Assembly (NCBI GenBank): GCA_963726265.1
Contig: CAVSBQ010000002.1
Span: forward strand, 128,001-192,000
Direction: 5' to 3'
From: Candidatus Aenigmatarchaeota archaeon
GTDB lineage: Archaea; Aenigmatarchaeota; Aenigmatarchaeia; QMZP01; QMZT01
Length of the DNA stretch: 64,000 nucleotides
Part shown: piece by piece, positions 17,682 to 27,957 of the stretch
Position numbering within the stretch: the first letter of the stretch is position 1
Layout of the letters: the number at the start of each line of letters is the position of its first letter
Notes under the pieces: model-generated
Database searches by the model: none
What the model was told of the DNA's origin: nothing
The model's input: the letters and a program-made list of their open reading frames with translations, nothing else
Program-made: the position numbers and the translations under genes

Positions 17682-20600
17682 ATGCTTATGGAGAAATACG
17701 AGCCGCGCAGACTTCAGGAGGAGATTCTGGAATTCTGGGCAGAAAATAAAATCCCCGACCAGATCGTCCGCTTCGACCCGAAGACGCTGGGCCCGGGCAG
17801 GACGAAGTTCTATCTACTCGACGGCCCGCCCTACGTGAACGGCGTCCCGCATGTCGGCCACGTGAAAACCACGACGACGAAGGACATATGGTCGAAATTC
17901 AGGATGATGCAGGGCCACCAGAGCTGGTGGCAGCCGGGCTTCGACTGTGGAGGCCTGCCCATCGAACACGCGGTCGAGAAGAAGCTCGGCGTGAAATCGA
18001 AGAAGGACATAACCGAAAGGATAGGCATAGACAAATTCATCGATGAATGCAAGGCCATGGCCGAAGGCAACAAAAACGTATGGCTAAGCACGTACAAGCA
18101 GCTGGGCGCCTGGCGCGGCTGGCTCGAGCCCTACATGACTTACAAGAATTATTATCTCGAAAGCGGCTGGTGGACGGTCAAGAAGATGTGGGAGAAAGGC
18201 ATGCTCGTCGAAGGCGAGAAGCCGGTGTTCTGGTGCCCGAGGTGCGAGACCACGCTATCCGGCTATGAGGTCACGGATTCCTACACCGACGTCACGGACG
18301 ACTCGCTCTACGTCAAATTCCCCCTGCTGGGCCAGGAGCACACCTTCCTCATCATCTGGACCACGACGCCGTGGACGCTTCCAGGGAACGTCGCCATCGC
18401 GGTCCATCCGGACGAGACTTATGTAAAGGCCAAGGTGAGAGGCGAATTTTACATCCTTGCGGAGAAGCGGCTGAAGGACGTGTTCAAGGAGCTGGAAATA
18501 GGGCATTATGAAGTGGTGGAGAAATTCAAGGGCAAGACGCTCGCCGGAATGAAATACGAGCCCGTGCTGCACATCCCCGTTCAGGAATCGCTGTCCAAGA
18601 ACCCGGCAGCGCATCAGGTCATTCTTTCCATTCCCCTTTTCAAGAAAGGCGTTTCAGGCAAGCTTCTAGCAAAGGCTTCTGTAAAAACGGATGAGACGAC
18701 GGAGAACGTCGAGGACTTCGTGACCATGGACGCTGGAAGCGGATGCGTGCACACCGCTCCGGGCCACGGAGAGACCGACTTCCGCATGGGCGAGCATTAC
18801 AACCTTCCCAGCCCGTCGCCGGTCGACGACGAGGGCAAGCTCACGCAGGACGCCGGGCCTTTCGCCGGCTTGTTCGTCAAGGACGCGGACCGCAAAATAA
18901 TAGAATACCTCGAGGAGCGCGGCCATCTCCTCAAGGTCGTCAAGATAACGCACTCGTATCCCTTGTGCTGGAGGTGCAAGACGCCGCTTATCTACCGCCT
19001 GAGTAAACAGTGGTTCCTCTCCGTGGACACGATAAAGGAGAAGATGCTCAAGGACAACAAGAGCGTGAAGTGGCTTCCGGGCTTCGCCGGCGAGCGCTTC
19101 CACAACTGGCTTGAGAACGCGAATGACTGGGCCGTTTCCGTGCAGCGCTTCTGGGGCATACCCTTGCCCATATGGATATGCGAAGCATGCGGCAGCAAGG
19201 ACATCATCGGCTCGCGCAAGGAGCTGAAGGAGAAGGCGATGGAAAGGATTGACGAGGACGTCGACCTGCACAAGAATTCTGTTGACAAGATTCATCTTAA
19301 ATGCCAGCAGTGCGGAAAACGCATGACGCGCGTGGCGGACACCATGAACGTCTGGTTCGACTCCGGCATCTCGCCGTGGGCGTCCCTCGGCTACCCGTTC
19401 AAGAACAAGCAGCTGTTCGAGACGCTCTGGCCGGTCGACATGATATGCGAGTCGCAGGACCAGATAAGGGGATGGTTCTACTCGCTCATGTTCTGCGGGG
19501 TCGCCGCTTTCGACAGGAAGCCCTACGAGGCGGTGAGCATGACGGGCTGGACACTCGACGAGAAAGGCGAGAAGATGTCCAAATCGCTGGGCAACGTAGT
19601 CTACGCCGAGGATGCGTTAAAGGCGGTCGAGGCCGATGTCCTGCGCCTTTATTATTGCTGGTCCGTCGCTCCCTGGGACACGCAGCTTTTCTCGTTGAAG
19701 ATCGCGAAGGAGTTGCGACGCGTGTTGGACGTCCTCTGGAACACGAGCGTCTTCGCCGAAAGCTATGCCGACCCGGAGCTTGCCAAGGAGAAGGTGAACC
19801 TGAAGAAACTCGATATCGAAGACAGATGGATAATCTCCCGCCTGAATTCGCTGATAAAGAGCACGACAGACGACCTCGAGAACTTCAGGCTGCATTACGT
19901 AGGCAAGAATTTCGAGGCATTCATACTCAACGACTTCTCGCGCTGGTACATCAAGCTGGTGCGCGACCGCCTGTCGCCGTGGCACGAAGGCGCAGACAAG
20001 CGAAGCGCGCAGTTCACCGTGCTTTACGTGCTCGAAAATCTCGCAAGGCTCATGGCGCCAGTCACGCCGTTCATCACCGAGAAGATTTACAGGAAGCTTT
20101 TCTTTTCCAAGGGCAGGCCCGTGTCCGTCCATCTCTGCTCGTGGCCTAAAGCGGACGACGGCCTGGTGGACACGGAACTGGAGACGGCGATGGAGTTCGC
20201 GAAGGCGGCGATAGAAGCCGCGAATGCGCTGCGCCAGAAGCTTGAAATAAAGCTCAAGTGGCCAGTGACCGAGCTTTTCGTGAGGGCGAAGGACGAGCTC
20301 ACGGAGAAAGCGCTCGTCAGCATGGAGCCTGTCCTGAAGAGCATGGCAAACGCAGAAAAGGTCACGTTCGTGAAAAGCATCGGCCATAAGGAGCACAAAG
20401 AAGGCGGGAAAACGCTCGCCTTCGAATACGGGGAGATCGCGCTCGGCGAAGTCCTCGAGGACAAGGCGTTCGCTCGAGAACTCATGAGGACGATACAGGT
20501 TGCGAGGAAGAAGGACGGCCTGAACGTGAAGGAAAGGATAGAGCTCTGGGTCGAGGCTGAAGGCAAGACGGAGAAGATGTTCGAGCAGAGCAGGGACATG

Positions 20601-20732
20601 ATAGCGAAGGAAGTCGGCGCGGCAAAAGTCCATCACGGCCTTCCGCACAAGGTCGGGATAAAGGGCACGCTGGACTTCGAGGGGAAGAAAGTCAGGGTTT
20701 ATTTTGAGAAGGCGGAGAAAAGCGTAAAATAA
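17682..20732 (+). CDS. ileS: Isoleucine--tRNA ligase
   Basis: DGPPY, HVGH, WTTTPWT, HTAPGHG, DQIRGWF, KMSKS. Confidence 0.95.
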   Translation: MLMEKYEPRRLQEEILEFWAENKIPDQIVRFDPKTLGPGRTKFYLLDGPPYVNGVPHVGHVKTTTTKDIWSKFRMMQGHQSWWQPGFDCGGLPIEHAVEKKLGVKSKKDITERIGIDKFIDECKAMAEGNKNVWLSTYKQLGAWRGWLEPYMTYKNYYLESGWWTVKKMWEKGMLVEGEKPVFWCPRCETTLSGYEVTDSYTDVTDDSLYVKFPLLGQEHTFLIIWTTTPWTLPGNVAIAVHPDETYVKAKVRGEFYILAEKRLKDVFKELEIGHYEVVEKFKGKTLAGMKYEPVLHIPVQESLSKNPAAHQVILSIPLFKKGVSGKLLAKASVKTDETTENVEDFVTMDAGSGCVHTAPGHGETDFRMGEHYNLPSPSPVDDEGKLTQDAGPFAGLFVKDADRKIIEYLEERGHLLKVVKITHSYPLCWRCKTPLIYRLSKQWFLSVDTIKEKMLKDNKSVKWLPGFAGERFHNWLENANDWAVSVQRFWGIPLPIWICEACGSKDIIGSRKELKEKAMERIDEDVDLHKNSVDKIHLKCQQCGKRMTRVADTMNVWFDSGISPWASLGYPFKNKQLFETLWPVDMICESQDQIRGWFYSLMFCGVAAFDRKPYEAVSMTGWTLDEKGEKMSKSLGNVVYAEDALKAVEADVLRLYYCWSVAPWDTQLFSLKIAKELRRVLDVLWNTSVFAESYADPELAKEKVNLKKLDIEDRWIISRLNSLIKSTTDDLENFRLHYVGKNFEAFILNDFSRWYIKLVRDRLSPWHEGADKRSAQFTVLYVLENLARLMAPVTPFITEKIYRKLFFSKGRPVSVHLCSWPKADDGLVDTELETAMEFAKAAIEAANALRQKLEIKLKWPVTELFVRAKDELTEKALVSMEPVLKSMANAEKVTFVKSIGHKEHKEGGKTLAFEYGEIALGEVLEDKAFARELMRTIQVARKKDGLNVKERIELWVEAEGKTEKMFEQSRDMIAKEVGAAKVHHGLPHKVGIKGTLDFEGKKVRVYFEKAEKSVK

Positions 20733-20740
20733 ACCGAAAA

Positions 20741-20995
20741 TCAAGGAATTTCCACTTTAAAGTTATTGACACCAAAAAACTTGTTAACCTCAGCTTCATA
20801 CATCTCTTTAGTCAACGTGTACGTGGTTTTACATACCGGGCATGGTATTTTTAACGCACCGGGAGGGAACATAAGAATAACTTCAAGTAGGCTTTTGTTT
20901 CTGTAGAAAAGATGTTCCTGAGAATATTGTTTACAACCATCCTCTATTATAAAATGTTCGCGATCATCAGATATTGAAAACATCAGTTTTCCCAT
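20741..20995 (-). CDS. Hypothetical protein with CPVC motif, AT-rich
   Basis: Open frame with atypical codon usage. Confidence 0.5.
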   Translation of the reverse strand: MGKLMFSISDDREHFIIEDGCKQYSQEHLFYRNKSLLEVILMFPPGALKIPCPVCKTTYTLTKEMYEAEVNKFFGVNNFKVEIP

Positions 20996-21092
20996 ATAAA
21001 AACAGTCAAAGTAAGTTTTAAAAACCTTAAGCTCAGTCCTCTAAACTATTTTAACCTTTTTGTCAATAATATATCAAGGACGTGCATAAAAC

Positions 21093-21329
21093 ATGGGAGC
21101 GAAAGCGGTCATCTGGCCCGTAATCGTGTTTCTGATATTCGTCGGTCTTTACGCTCTCGGCATCGTTCCGGGCTACTGGACGCTGATGATAGCCGTCATA
21201 TTCATAGTGGTCGGGTTCGTCGTGGGCTTCCTGCTGCTCGGCTCCGGCCAGGAAAGCATGTGGATGGGCGTTCCCATGCTAATCCTGGGCATAATCCTGC
21301 TAATCTTGGTCTATTTTTTTCCCAGGTAG
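21093..21329 (+). CDS. Small membrane protein (about three TM segments)
   Basis: Highly hydrophobic, host-like codon usage. Confidence 0.65.
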   Translation: MGAKAVIWPVIVFLIFVGLYALGIVPGYWTLMIAVIFIVVGFVVGFLLLGSGQESMWMGVPMLILGIILLILVYFFPR

Positions 21330-21380
21330 TCTTCCCGGGGCAGCAGTTAATTTGCCTCCTGAAAAGCTTTTAAAACCCCG

Positions 21381-22445
21381 GTGGCAACAAGGTTTATGCT
21401 GCCAGAAAAAATCATAGGCAAACCGGACACGAAAAAAATAAGGGCATGGATGAGCGCGAAGGGCAGGAAAGTCCTCGCATACCACAGGGACGCGGACGGC
21501 GTCTGCTCTGCCGCTCTGTTCCTCAAGTTCTTTCCGGATTTCAGCACGCTCCCCAGGGAAGGCCCGATAATCGACGACAAATTATTCAGGGAGCTCGCGG
21601 CGAAAAGGCCGGACGTCCTCGTTTTCCTGGACATACCCGTGGACCAGGAATGGAAGAAAATCCTGAAGCTGAGGACCAAGCTGCCGAAGCTGAAGATAAT
21701 GATACTCGACCACCACATCCCCGTGAGGGACATGAATTCCGACGGCGTCATCCACATAAATCCGATGTTCTGCGGGGACGTCTACATCCCTGCTTCGTGC
21801 GTCGTCTATAGCCTGCTCCAGCAAATGGGCTTCAAGATCGAGCAGTTCATGTGGATATCGCTCATAGGCATAATAGGCGACTACGGCATGAAGGACTGCG
21901 ACTGGATGTTCAACGAATACAGGAAAGCCGGCATGGAGCCTCCGTGCGAATTGCTTTTCCGCGCGTCGGACATAATCTCATCCGCCATAACGCTCAAGGG
22001 AGTCGAGGGCGCGGAAAAATCGCTGAAGCTCATCGTCCAGAGCGCCCGCTTCGATGAGCTGAAAAGGTCATACCAGCTGAACAGGTGGAACACCGTCGTG
22101 CAGGCGGAGGTCAGGAAAATAGTCACGGACTTCGAGAAAAACAGGGAAACGGTTCCGGGCAAAAGGCTGATATTCTACGAGTTGCACAGCAAAATGAACA
22201 TCACCTCGATAATAGCGACCATCACCGCCGAGAAGCATCCGGACGACATAATCATAATAAGGAAAAGGTCCGGTGACAACTGGAAGATTTCGCTGCGCTA
22301 CCAGGCGGGCAGCATAAGCGTGGGCGACCTGGCGAAGTTCGCTTCTGACGGCATCGGCTCGGGCGGAGGCCATGTTAAATCTGCCGGGGCGCTGGTCAAC
22401 GACTGGAACGGGTTCAGGAAAAGGGTCTTCGAATACGTCGGCTGA
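21381..22445 (+). CDS. DHH/DHHA1 family phosphoesterase (RecJ-like)
   Basis: YHRDADG, FLD, LDHH, SGGGH..SAG; start may be ATG at 21396. Confidence 0.88.
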   Translation: MATRFMLPEKIIGKPDTKKIRAWMSAKGRKVLAYHRDADGVCSAALFLKFFPDFSTLPREGPIIDDKLFRELAAKRPDVLVFLDIPVDQEWKKILKLRTKLPKLKIMILDHHIPVRDMNSDGVIHINPMFCGDVYIPASCVVYSLLQQMGFKIEQFMWISLIGIIGDYGMKDCDWMFNEYRKAGMEPPCELLFRASDIISSAITLKGVEGAEKSLKLIVQSARFDELKRSYQLNRWNTVVQAEVRKIVTDFEKNRETVPGKRLIFYELHSKMNITSIIATITAEKHPDDIIIIRKRSGDNWKISLRYQAGSISVGDLAKFASDGIGSGGGHVKSAGALVNDWNGFRKRVFEYVG

Positions 22446-22638
22446 ACCCGAAACGCGGCGAGGGGAATGCGAATTTTCTGCCCAATATTTATATGAATAT
22501 ACTATTCCATGCTGCCCAGGCCGTACCCACCCCCCTTCCCGGAACATTAACCGTTTGTTGGAACGACCTGAAAATCAACTAATTTTTTACACGGATGTCC
22601 TATTTGATCAGTCCAAATACAGCCGTGCACAAGCGGCG

Positions 22639-23466
22639 TCACTCGCCCGCTTTTATGAACTTGATGTTCGCGTAGCCTTCGAAGGCGTCGTGGCTTCCGG
22701 GGTAGTCGCCGGTCGTGCTGTCGACTATGATGTAGAATGAGTTAACGCTCTTGCCGCTTTCCAGCGTGTTCTGGAGCGTTTCGCAGTCTTCGTGCGTGTC
22801 TCCGAAGACGACGAAGTTGAACTCCTTCTCGCTGAAATAGGGCGTGTATTTCTCGAGTATGGTCTTGTAGAGCTTCAGGAACGAGTCAAGGTCCTGCTCG
22901 ATATGAAGGATGACGAAGACATGGCCTTTATCCGGGTTGTAGACCTCGACTATGCTCGCGTCGAGGCCGACCGCCTCGTACATGCTGCTCAGCAGGACCG
23001 AAAAGTCGTCGCAGTCGCCTCCCATGGCCTCCCAGGTTTCGAGCGGCTCGGCTATGTAGTCGTCCTTCCTAGGATCGGAAACGTAGCGTATGTTGTTGGA
23101 AATCTCGTTGTAGATGCCGAAGACCTTGGTGGCCGGGGCGTTGGGCACGGCATACTTTACGACCGATTTCACCGCCAGGTTGCGGACCGCGGTGATGTTG
23201 ACTTTGGAAGAGAACGTCTCGTCTTCGTCCATGCTCACGTTCCAGAAACATCTCCACTGTTTACGAAAAGCGACGGGCTCCTTGCAGTAGCACGAATTCT
23301 CGGTCACGTAGGCGACTTCCCCCTTTTCCGAGCACAGCCTTTCGCATTGCTGGTCAGCCGTGAGCGTCGCGCCTATGAACGTGTCCTCTATGAACTTCAG
23401 CTCAAAGGCCAGGCCGGCAAGAAGGACGGCAATAATGGCGACGAGAATCACCTTCTGCGCGTCCAT
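22639..23466 (-). CDS. Membrane-anchored transglutaminase-like protein
   Basis: N-terminal TM, YVSDP, GDCDD, GHVF, IVDST. Confidence 0.75.
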   Translation of the reverse strand: MDAQKVILVAIIAVLLAGLAFELKFIEDTFIGATLTADQQCERLCSEKGEVAYVTENSCYCKEPVAFRKQWRCFWNVSMDEDETFSSKVNITAVRNLAVKSVVKYAVPNAPATKVFGIYNEISNNIRYVSDPRKDDYIAEPLETWEAMGGDCDDFSVLLSSMYEAVGLDASIVEVYNPDKGHVFVILHIEQDLDSFLKLYKTILEKYTPYFSEKEFNFVVFGDTHEDCETLQNTLESGKSVNSFYIIVDSTTGDYPGSHDAFEGYANIKFIKAGE

Positions 23467-23538
23467 ATTAAATATTGAACAGGCCTTTTATAAAAAACGG
23501 GACCAAATACAAATAAAAACACAGAAAACAAAACCAAA

Positions 23539-24645
23539 GTGATTCTCATGAAGGCATACGTTGCGGCCAACATCTGCGGGGTTTTCGCGTTCGACGAAAG
23601 GGGAAAAACAATTGCCAAAAAACTGTTCCCGAAAAACCCGGAAGCGATAGCCGAAAGGCTAGCCAAGGCGAGGAGTGGCGAAGTCATAGAAGAAGAACGC
23701 GCGGTCATCGATGAACTGAGGGAAGCCGGCTGCCACGAAATCGTGTGGGACAAGGTCGCGCAAATCGACGGGCTTAAAACCAGTTGCGAACTGGAGAACA
23801 AGGGCAAGGAATTCGCAGGCGACTTCCGTAAGCTCGCGCTTGAAAGCGGGTGGACGGAAAGCCAGGCCGAACTGAACGCGCTCATGACCAAGGTCAGCAT
23901 AATCCTTTCGGGCAAGAAAATCAAGGCCGTCAGCAAGGACAGGGTCATAATCCAGGTCATCGGCGTCGTGGACGAGCTTGACGCCGACCTCAACTCGCTT
24001 TACGAGCGCCTGCGCGAATGGTATGGCCTGCACTTCCCGGAGCTGGGACGCGAGGTGAAGGCGCACGAGAAGTTCGCGGAGCTTATCCAAAAATACGGTG
24101 GAAGGGAACGCATGAAAGGCAGCGAATTCGCTAAACTCGCATCCCGCTCGGTTGGCATGGATTTCAGCGAAGACGATGCGGAAAGTGTCATGGTTTTTTC
24201 AAAATCGGTTCTTGAAATGACGAAAGCGAAAGACAGGCTTTCGAAATACCTCGAAGGCGTGTGCAGGGAAACGATGCCCAATCTTTCGGCCATCGCCGGC
24301 CCGCTGCTCGCATCGCGCCTGGTCGCCCAGGCGGGCGGGCTCGAGAAAATCGCGAAGATGCCCAGTTCGACGATACAGCTGCTCGGCGCAGAAAAAGCGC
24401 TGTTCCGCCACCTGAGGGGCGAAGGAAGGGCGCCGAAATACGGCGTGCTCTTCGGTCACCCGCTCATCCAGCAGGCACCGAAGCATCTCAGAGGCAAGGT
24501 CGCAAGGCTCATATCGGCGAAGCTCAGCCTCGCGGCCAAGATGGATTTCTATTCCAAGAGGGACGACAGCAGGCAGATGAAAGAGGACATGGAAAGGAAA
24601 GTGGCAGGCCTCATTAAAGGTTCCAGCGGAGATGCAGACCAATGA
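23539..24645 (+). CDS. nop5: Box C/D RNP protein Nop5 (aNop56/58)
   Basis: REWYGLHFPEL, PSSTIQLLGAEKALF, PKYG. Confidence 0.93.
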   Translation: MILMKAYVAANICGVFAFDERGKTIAKKLFPKNPEAIAERLAKARSGEVIEEERAVIDELREAGCHEIVWDKVAQIDGLKTSCELENKGKEFAGDFRKLALESGWTESQAELNALMTKVSIILSGKKIKAVSKDRVIIQVIGVVDELDADLNSLYERLREWYGLHFPELGREVKAHEKFAELIQKYGGRERMKGSEFAKLASRSVGMDFSEDDAESVMVFSKSVLEMTKAKDRLSKYLEGVCRETMPNLSAIAGPLLASRLVAQAGGLEKIAKMPSSTIQLLGAEKALFRHLRGEGRAPKYGVLFGHPLIQQAPKHLRGKVARLISAKLSLAAKMDFYSKRDDSRQMKEDMERKVAGLIKGSSGDADQ

Positions 24646-25655
24646 AGGTTAGAAAAAAGGATGAACACGTTGACCTGGAAAAAAGGGTCTTCGACGTGAA
24701 GAACGAACGTATGCCCAAAGGGGCATGGTGGTGGTGGTTCTGGCTCTTCTTCTTCGACAACCCGAAGGACCCCTCGAAACCCCGCCAGCTCATGATATTG
24801 TGGTCCGCCAAGAACGCGAATAAAATCAAATGCAACAACCTCGATATAAATGCGAAGCTCCCGCTCGACAGGGAAAACCTTGACGGCGCCGTTGCTGCGT
24901 GGTATTTCGACGGTGAGCGGATGCATCACAACTTCCTTCTCGAGCAGTGCAACATAAAGGTCAGCGACAAATGCCTGATATCCGAATCCGGAACACCGAC
25001 TTCATTCTCCATCGACGGGAAGAGAAGCGTGGTCAGAATAGGCGATAAATTCGAGTTCATCGCGGACGAGAAGGGCAGGCACGATTTCAGCAAAGCCAGA
25101 TACCACATGAAGAATTTCGTGGGAATGAAAGGATACTCGATAATGAAGATCAACCACACGGACCTCATGGGAAAGGTCAACGGCGAGAAAATAAACGGGA
25201 CCGCCTACTTTCAGAGAGTCTTCTTGAACGCACCGGCGATACCATGGTACTGGGGCATATTCCATTTCGACGGGGGAGCCGTTATGTCGTACACCAACCA
25301 GCTAATCCTCGGGAAATCCATAAAGAAGAACATCTCGCTGTTCGACGGTGAACGGATGCACGAGTTTGACATGATGAAAGTGAAAAGGTCCGGAGGGGCG
25401 CTGCCGACGTTCAGGGTCACCGGAGAGAACGAGCACGAGAGAATAGGATTCTCCGTCGTCTCCTACGCTCATTCCTCGTGGACTTTCCGCAAGAAATCCC
25501 GGGGCGTCATCCCGAACAAGCTCGTTTACAACGAGTATCCGGCCACCATAACCGATCTCGAGATCGAGAACAAGGCGACCGGAGCGAAGACCACGTCAAA
25601 AGAACTCGGCAGGGCCGTTGGAAACGCAGAGCACACGACAGGCATGCTTTTCTAG
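24642..25655 (+). CDS. Hypothetical beta-rich protein (possibly AttH/tocopherol-cyclase-like fold)
   Basis: WWWWFW, GTAYFQRV, PWYWG aromatic motifs; overlaps nop5 stop. Confidence 0.6.
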   Translation: MKVRKKDEHVDLEKRVFDVKNERMPKGAWWWWFWLFFFDNPKDPSKPRQLMILWSAKNANKIKCNNLDINAKLPLDRENLDGAVAAWYFDGERMHHNFLLEQCNIKVSDKCLISESGTPTSFSIDGKRSVVRIGDKFEFIADEKGRHDFSKARYHMKNFVGMKGYSIMKINHTDLMGKVNGEKINGTAYFQRVFLNAPAIPWYWGIFHFDGGAVMSYTNQLILGKSIKKNISLFDGERMHEFDMMKVKRSGGALPTFRVTGENEHERIGFSVVSYAHSSWTFRKKSRGVIPNKLVYNEYPATITDLEIENKATGAKTTSKELGRAVGNAEHTTGMLF

Positions 25656-25676
25656 CACACACATCAGCGCATCATA

Positions 25677-26330
25677 TTACCTTCTTTTCATAACCAGGAA
25701 CATGTGGTCCTTCTCGAACGGGTCGAGCCTGACCTTTTCTAGGATTTTGAAGTGCTTCTCCAGCTTCTCGATTTCCTGCTTGTAGACGTCTTCGGGCCGC
25801 TTGACGACGTCGATAGAGCGCGCCTTTATAGCAATCATCGCGAAGCCATCCGGCTTGAGGAAGCGTTCTGCATTGCGTATCATGATGGGGCTCTGGTCGT
25901 CGGAAGCGACGTCTTCGAACACGACGTCGACTTTCTCTATCCAGCCATACTCTTCGGGCTTGCGCGCGTCGCCGACGATTGGAACGATGTTGCCGCGCTT
26001 CTCCGCGACGGGATTGAGGTCGCGCACGCAGCGCTCCGAAATCTCGACGCCGTAGATTATCCCCTCAGGGCCGATGATGTCCGAGAAGAACGTCGAGGTC
26101 TGGCCGCTCGCTATGCCGAGGTAAAGGACCTTTGCTTTTGCAGCAAGCGGGAAATTCTTGAGGCCGTTCGCTATCGCGGCCGCGGGTTTCGAGCGGAAAG
26201 GATTCCATTCCCTGAACTCCTGGCCTTTCACGTTTACGAGGGTCTTACAATAGGTCTTGTCGCCGGGCAGGAGGTTCTTGGTGAAAATGTGCTTCCCTTG
26301 TTTCCACACGCCTGGGAAAAGCTGGTCCAT
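25677..26330 (-). CDS. flpA: Fibrillarin rRNA/tRNA 2'-O-methyltransferase
   Basis: REWNPFRSKPAA, VLYLGIASG, DARKP, AIKARSID, LDPFEKDH. Confidence 0.93.
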   Translation of the reverse strand: MDQLFPGVWKQGKHIFTKNLLPGDKTYCKTLVNVKGQEFREWNPFRSKPAAAIANGLKNFPLAAKAKVLYLGIASGQTSTFFSDIIGPEGIIYGVEISERCVRDLNPVAEKRGNIVPIVGDARKPEEYGWIEKVDVVFEDVASDDQSPIMIRNAERFLKPDGFAMIAIKARSIDVVKRPEDVYKQEIEKLEKHFKILEKVRLDPFEKDHMFLVMKRR

Positions 26331-26365
26331 GAAATGTTATTTCTGAAAGCCGGCTTAAAAATCCT

Positions 26366-27238
26366 TTATTTCTTTTTGCCGGGGAAGAACTTGTAACTAA
26401 GCAAAACCTGCACGAGCTTCGCCGCCAGCGCGTCTGGCGCTTTGTTGCATTTGTTAGGGCAGAGCTCGACGACGTCGAAGCCGACGATGTTCTTCCTGCG
26501 CGCGACTTCTTTCAGCAGCGCCGTGACTTCATACCAGCCGAGGCCGCCGGGCTCGGGCGTCCCTGTCGAGGGCATGATGCCCGTATCGAAGACGTCGAGG
26601 TCAATGGTTATGTAAACATTATCGGAAAGCGCGGCCACGGCCTTGTTTATCCAGTCCGTTTTGCCGTGAATCTCATGCGCGTAGAACATTTTGTCCTGCT
26701 TCGCGCTTGCGAGCTCGGACGAGTCCATGCTGCGTATGCCGACGGAAACGACGTTTTTGACATATTTCTTGGCCCAGCCAATGGTGCACGCATGGCTAAG
26801 CCTGTTGCCCTCGTATTCGTCGCGCCTGTCGCTGTGCGCGTCGAGGTGAAGCAGGCTCATGTTCCTGAATTTCTCTGAATGAGCATGGATGGGACCGATC
26901 GCGACGGAATGCTCGCCGCCGAGCGTGACCACGAATTTCCCGCCGGAGAGAAGCTGTTTTGTTCTTGCGTAAGTTTTCCTTACCATATCTTCCGAAGTCG
27001 CCGCTTTTATCGGCTTGTCCGTGAAGATGCCTTTCGTGTAGACTTCCGAGCGCGTCTCAGTCTCGTAATATTCGAGATTTATGGTTGCCGCGATTAGGGC
27101 AGCCGGACCCTTGTCCGTGCCTTTTATCCAAGTGCCCGTCTTGTCGAACGGGACGGGGAGAATCACTATCCTGGATTTAGAATACCCTGAGAATTCGGGA
27201 GGCAGTTTCAGAAAATTGTGGGAGATTTCGTATTTCAT
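26366..27238 (-). CDS. speB: Agmatinase
   Basis: GGEHS, DAHSD, DLDVFD, GTPEPGG. Confidence 0.92.
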   Translation of the reverse strand: MKYEISHNFLKLPPEFSGYSKSRIVILPVPFDKTGTWIKGTDKGPAALIAATINLEYYETETRSEVYTKGIFTDKPIKAATSEDMVRKTYARTKQLLSGGKFVVTLGGEHSVAIGPIHAHSEKFRNMSLLHLDAHSDRRDEYEGNRLSHACTIGWAKKYVKNVVSVGIRSMDSSELASAKQDKMFYAHEIHGKTDWINKAVAALSDNVYITIDLDVFDTGIMPSTGTPEPGGLGWYEVTALLKEVARRKNIVGFDVVELCPNKCNKAPDALAAKLVQVLLSYKFFPGKKK

Positions 27239-27262
27239 ATTTCCCTTTGGATAAAAAACTTT

Positions 27263-27832
27263 TTATTGTTCAGGCACGACCGTCGTAATCGGCGGCACGA
27301 AGACCGCTGCGCATATCACGCTCGTCCACAGCCCGTCTTTGTGACCTTCCGCCGACTGGGAGATGTGCATTGTCTTGAAGATGTGGCCGCTCGCCTTGTA
27401 CTGCTGCCTTCTCTCGTCCCATGCCTTGTCCGCGTCGAAAGGCACGCCGAGTGTCGTCGCGAGCATCGTTGCAGCGAGGTCTTCGGCATATTCGCCCGAA
27501 ACCTTGCCGGTTTCTCCGTGGGCATGGTGCTCTGAGAGATAACCGTAGTGGTCCCTGTTCTTGGGAACGGCCAGCCCTATAGCTACCGAAACGAGCCTGT
27601 TGGGCTCATTGGTGTCGTTTCTCGCCATCACGCAGAACACTACCTGCCCCGGGTTGAGGTGCTTCAGGCCCTCTTCCTTCGTGACTATTTCGCACTTCGG
27701 CGGCAGGATGCTTGAAACGTTCACGATGTTGAAAGGAGCTATGCCCGCGTGCCTCAAAGCCATCTCGAAAGAAGCGAGCTTGTCTTTATGGACGCCGACA
27801 CCCTTCACGAAAAAAATCTTCGCGGGAATCAT
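27263..27832 (-). CDS. pdaD: Pyruvoyl-dependent arginine decarboxylase
   Basis: SFEMAL..AGIAPFNIVNVSSILP with SS self-cleavage site, GYLSEH. Confidence 0.9.
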   Translation of the reverse strand: MIPAKIFFVKGVGVHKDKLASFEMALRHAGIAPFNIVNVSSILPPKCEIVTKEEGLKHLNPGQVVFCVMARNDTNEPNRLVSVAIGLAVPKNRDHYGYLSEHHAHGETGKVSGEYAEDLAATMLATTLGVPFDADKAWDERRQQYKASGHIFKTMHISQSAEGHKDGLWTSVICAAVFVPPITTVVPEQ

Positions 27833-27957
27833 TAGATAAAAATAATTACACGCGGACTTAAAAAGTTTTTTGCCGTCACGCCTGCGGCGGCATTAAAACC
27901 CGGACAGGAAACGCGGCATGGCAAAGCTTAACTATTGTTTCGCACCAAATCAGAATC

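Noticed and set aside
22455..22550. Weak resemblance to 5S rRNA (GCGGCGAGGGGAA...CCGTACCCA)
   Set aside because: Spacing and helix pairing do not fit 5S structure.
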